A DNA stretch of 62,828 nt, the filler included, from Chiloscyllium plagiosum (taxonomy: Eukaryota), in assembly GCF_004010195.1 (NCBI RefSeq). It is 3 parts of one record of this genome, joined end to end, with 100 filler letters (N's around TTAATTAATTAA, not from the genome) between each part and the next. Parts side by side here need not be neighbours in the genome. Positions count along the whole stretch, not along the records: positions 54,687 to 62,828 come from NC_057714.1; 2 more parts are not named here. The stretch is one strand, 5' to 3'. Below are positions 61,520-62,828 of the stretch, piece by piece; the stretch's first letter is position 1, and each line of letters begins with the position of its first letter. The notes under the pieces were generated by a model that searched no databases, was not told where the DNA came from, and worked only from the letters and a program-made list of their open reading frames with translations. Made by a program: the position numbers and the translations under genes.

Positions 61520-62320
61520 GTCTGTCTGTCTGTCTCTCTCTCTCCAGCTACCACCTCCGACTCTCCCAGTCCTTCCACACCCTCCTCTCTCTCTCTCTCT
61601 CTCTAGCTACCACAATCCCACTCTCCCTGTCCCTACCCCCTCCTCTCTCTCTCTCACTCACTCTCTCAATAAGAGTGACTACCGCACAGTCCTTCAAACA
61701 GATCTAGCAACTCAAGGCTGGGCATCAATGAGGCACTTTGGGCCATCAACAGCAGCAGAACTGTACTCCAGCACAATCTGTAACCTCTTGGCCCGGCATA
61801 TCCCCCACTCACCCATTACCATCAAGCCAGGGGATCGACCCTGGTTCAGTGCAGAGTGCAGGAGGGCCTGCCAGGAGCAGCACCAGGCATACCTAAAGAT
61901 GAGGTGTCAGCCTGATGAAGTCATCAAACAGGACTACTTGTGTGTCAAACAGCATAAGCAGCATCTGACAGACAGAGCTAAGCATTCCCACAACCAACAG
62001 AACAGTCCTGCCATATCCAGCAATGAGGGACAATTAAACAACTCAAACATATCCCCATCCTCAATAATGGAGGAGCCCAGCACACCAAGGCAAAGGATAA
62101 GGCTGAAGAATTTACAGCAATCTCCAGCCAGAAGTGTGAGTGGATGATCCATCTCAGCCTCCTGCACTGGTCCCCAGCGTCACAGACACCAGTCTCCAGC
62201 CAATTCGATTCCCTCCACGTGATATCAAGGAACAGTTGGAGACACTGGATACTGCAGAGGCTATGGGCCCTGACAACATTCCAGCAATAGGACTGAAGAC
62301 GTGTGCTCCAGAACTGGAGC
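59510..62320 (+). mobile_element. Fragments of another APE-RT LINE family (59510-60115, 61670-62320), interrupted by minus-strand CR1 pieces
   Basis: Motifs NIRGL..PDTVILT..IPGY..HRQDR, GDFNVH, KPGDRPWF and AMGPDNIPAIGLKTCAPEL. Confidence 0.7.
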
Positions 62321-62670
62321 CAATGCAGAGGAGATTCACAAGGATGTTGCCCAGGATGAAAAGACTCAGTTATGAGGAGAGACCGGACAGGCTAGGATTG
62401 ATTTCCTTGGAGCAGTGGAGACTGAGGGGGGATCTGACTGAGGTTTACAACATTATGAGAGGCACAGGCAGAATGGATTGTGAGAATCTCTTCCCCATTG
62501 CAGATGTGTCTAAGAGCAGAGGGCATCAGTTTAAGGTGAGGAGGAAGTGGTTATGAGAGAATCAAAGAAAGAATGTTCTCACCCAGAGGGTGGTGGATAT
62601 ATGAACCGTGTTGACTGAGAGGGTAGTGGATATATGAACCGTGCTGACTGAGAGGGTGGTGGATATATGA

Positions 62671-62808
62671 GGAGAAAGTGAGGTCTGCAGATGCAGGAGA
62701 TCAAAGTTGAAACTTTATTGCTGGAACAGCACAGCAGGTCAGGCAGCATCCAGGGAACAGGAGATTCGACGTTTCGGGCACAGGCCCTTCTTCAGGCCAT
62801 TCCTGAAG
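62671..62808 (-). mobile_element. PLE tail with hammerhead motif, inserted in a CR1 3' end (62320-62670)
   Basis: Minus strand reads CTGAAGA-a-gggc-ctgt-gccc-GAAAC-GTC. Confidence 0.8.
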
Positions 62809-62828
62809 AGCTGGAGTCTATTATAAAG

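Overview
Repeat-dense vertebrate genomic DNA. The CR1 LINE, tRNA-SINE and Penelope families suggest a cartilaginous fish, probably a carpet or bamboo shark (inference). No intact host gene is present. Most of the window is nested transposons: many CR1 LINEs, a near full-length L1, Tx1-clade LINEs, Penelope-like elements (PLEs) with minimal hammerhead ribozyme motifs, two opposed Gmr1-like Gypsy elements, another Gypsy family, an ERV relic, an ERV-type solo LTR, Tc1/pogo-type MITEs and a 46-bp minisatellite. Two observations stand out. (1) The short unique islands between the repeats, read on the + strand from about 5.2 kb to 52.4 kb, translate into collinear, heavily decayed pieces of a spliced Dicer-type gene (platform, PAZ, connector, RNase IIIa, RNase IIIb, dsRBD). 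This looks like a fossil second Dicer that the ORF track does not reveal. (2) A Tx1-clade LINE repeatedly inserts at one position, next to the TATA-like box of a Gypsy LTR, and one copy carries a chain of target-like motifs in its A-rich tail. Protein comparisons were made by eye against remembered human DICER1 and TE motifs and need computational confirmation. TE boundaries without a stated TSD are approximate.
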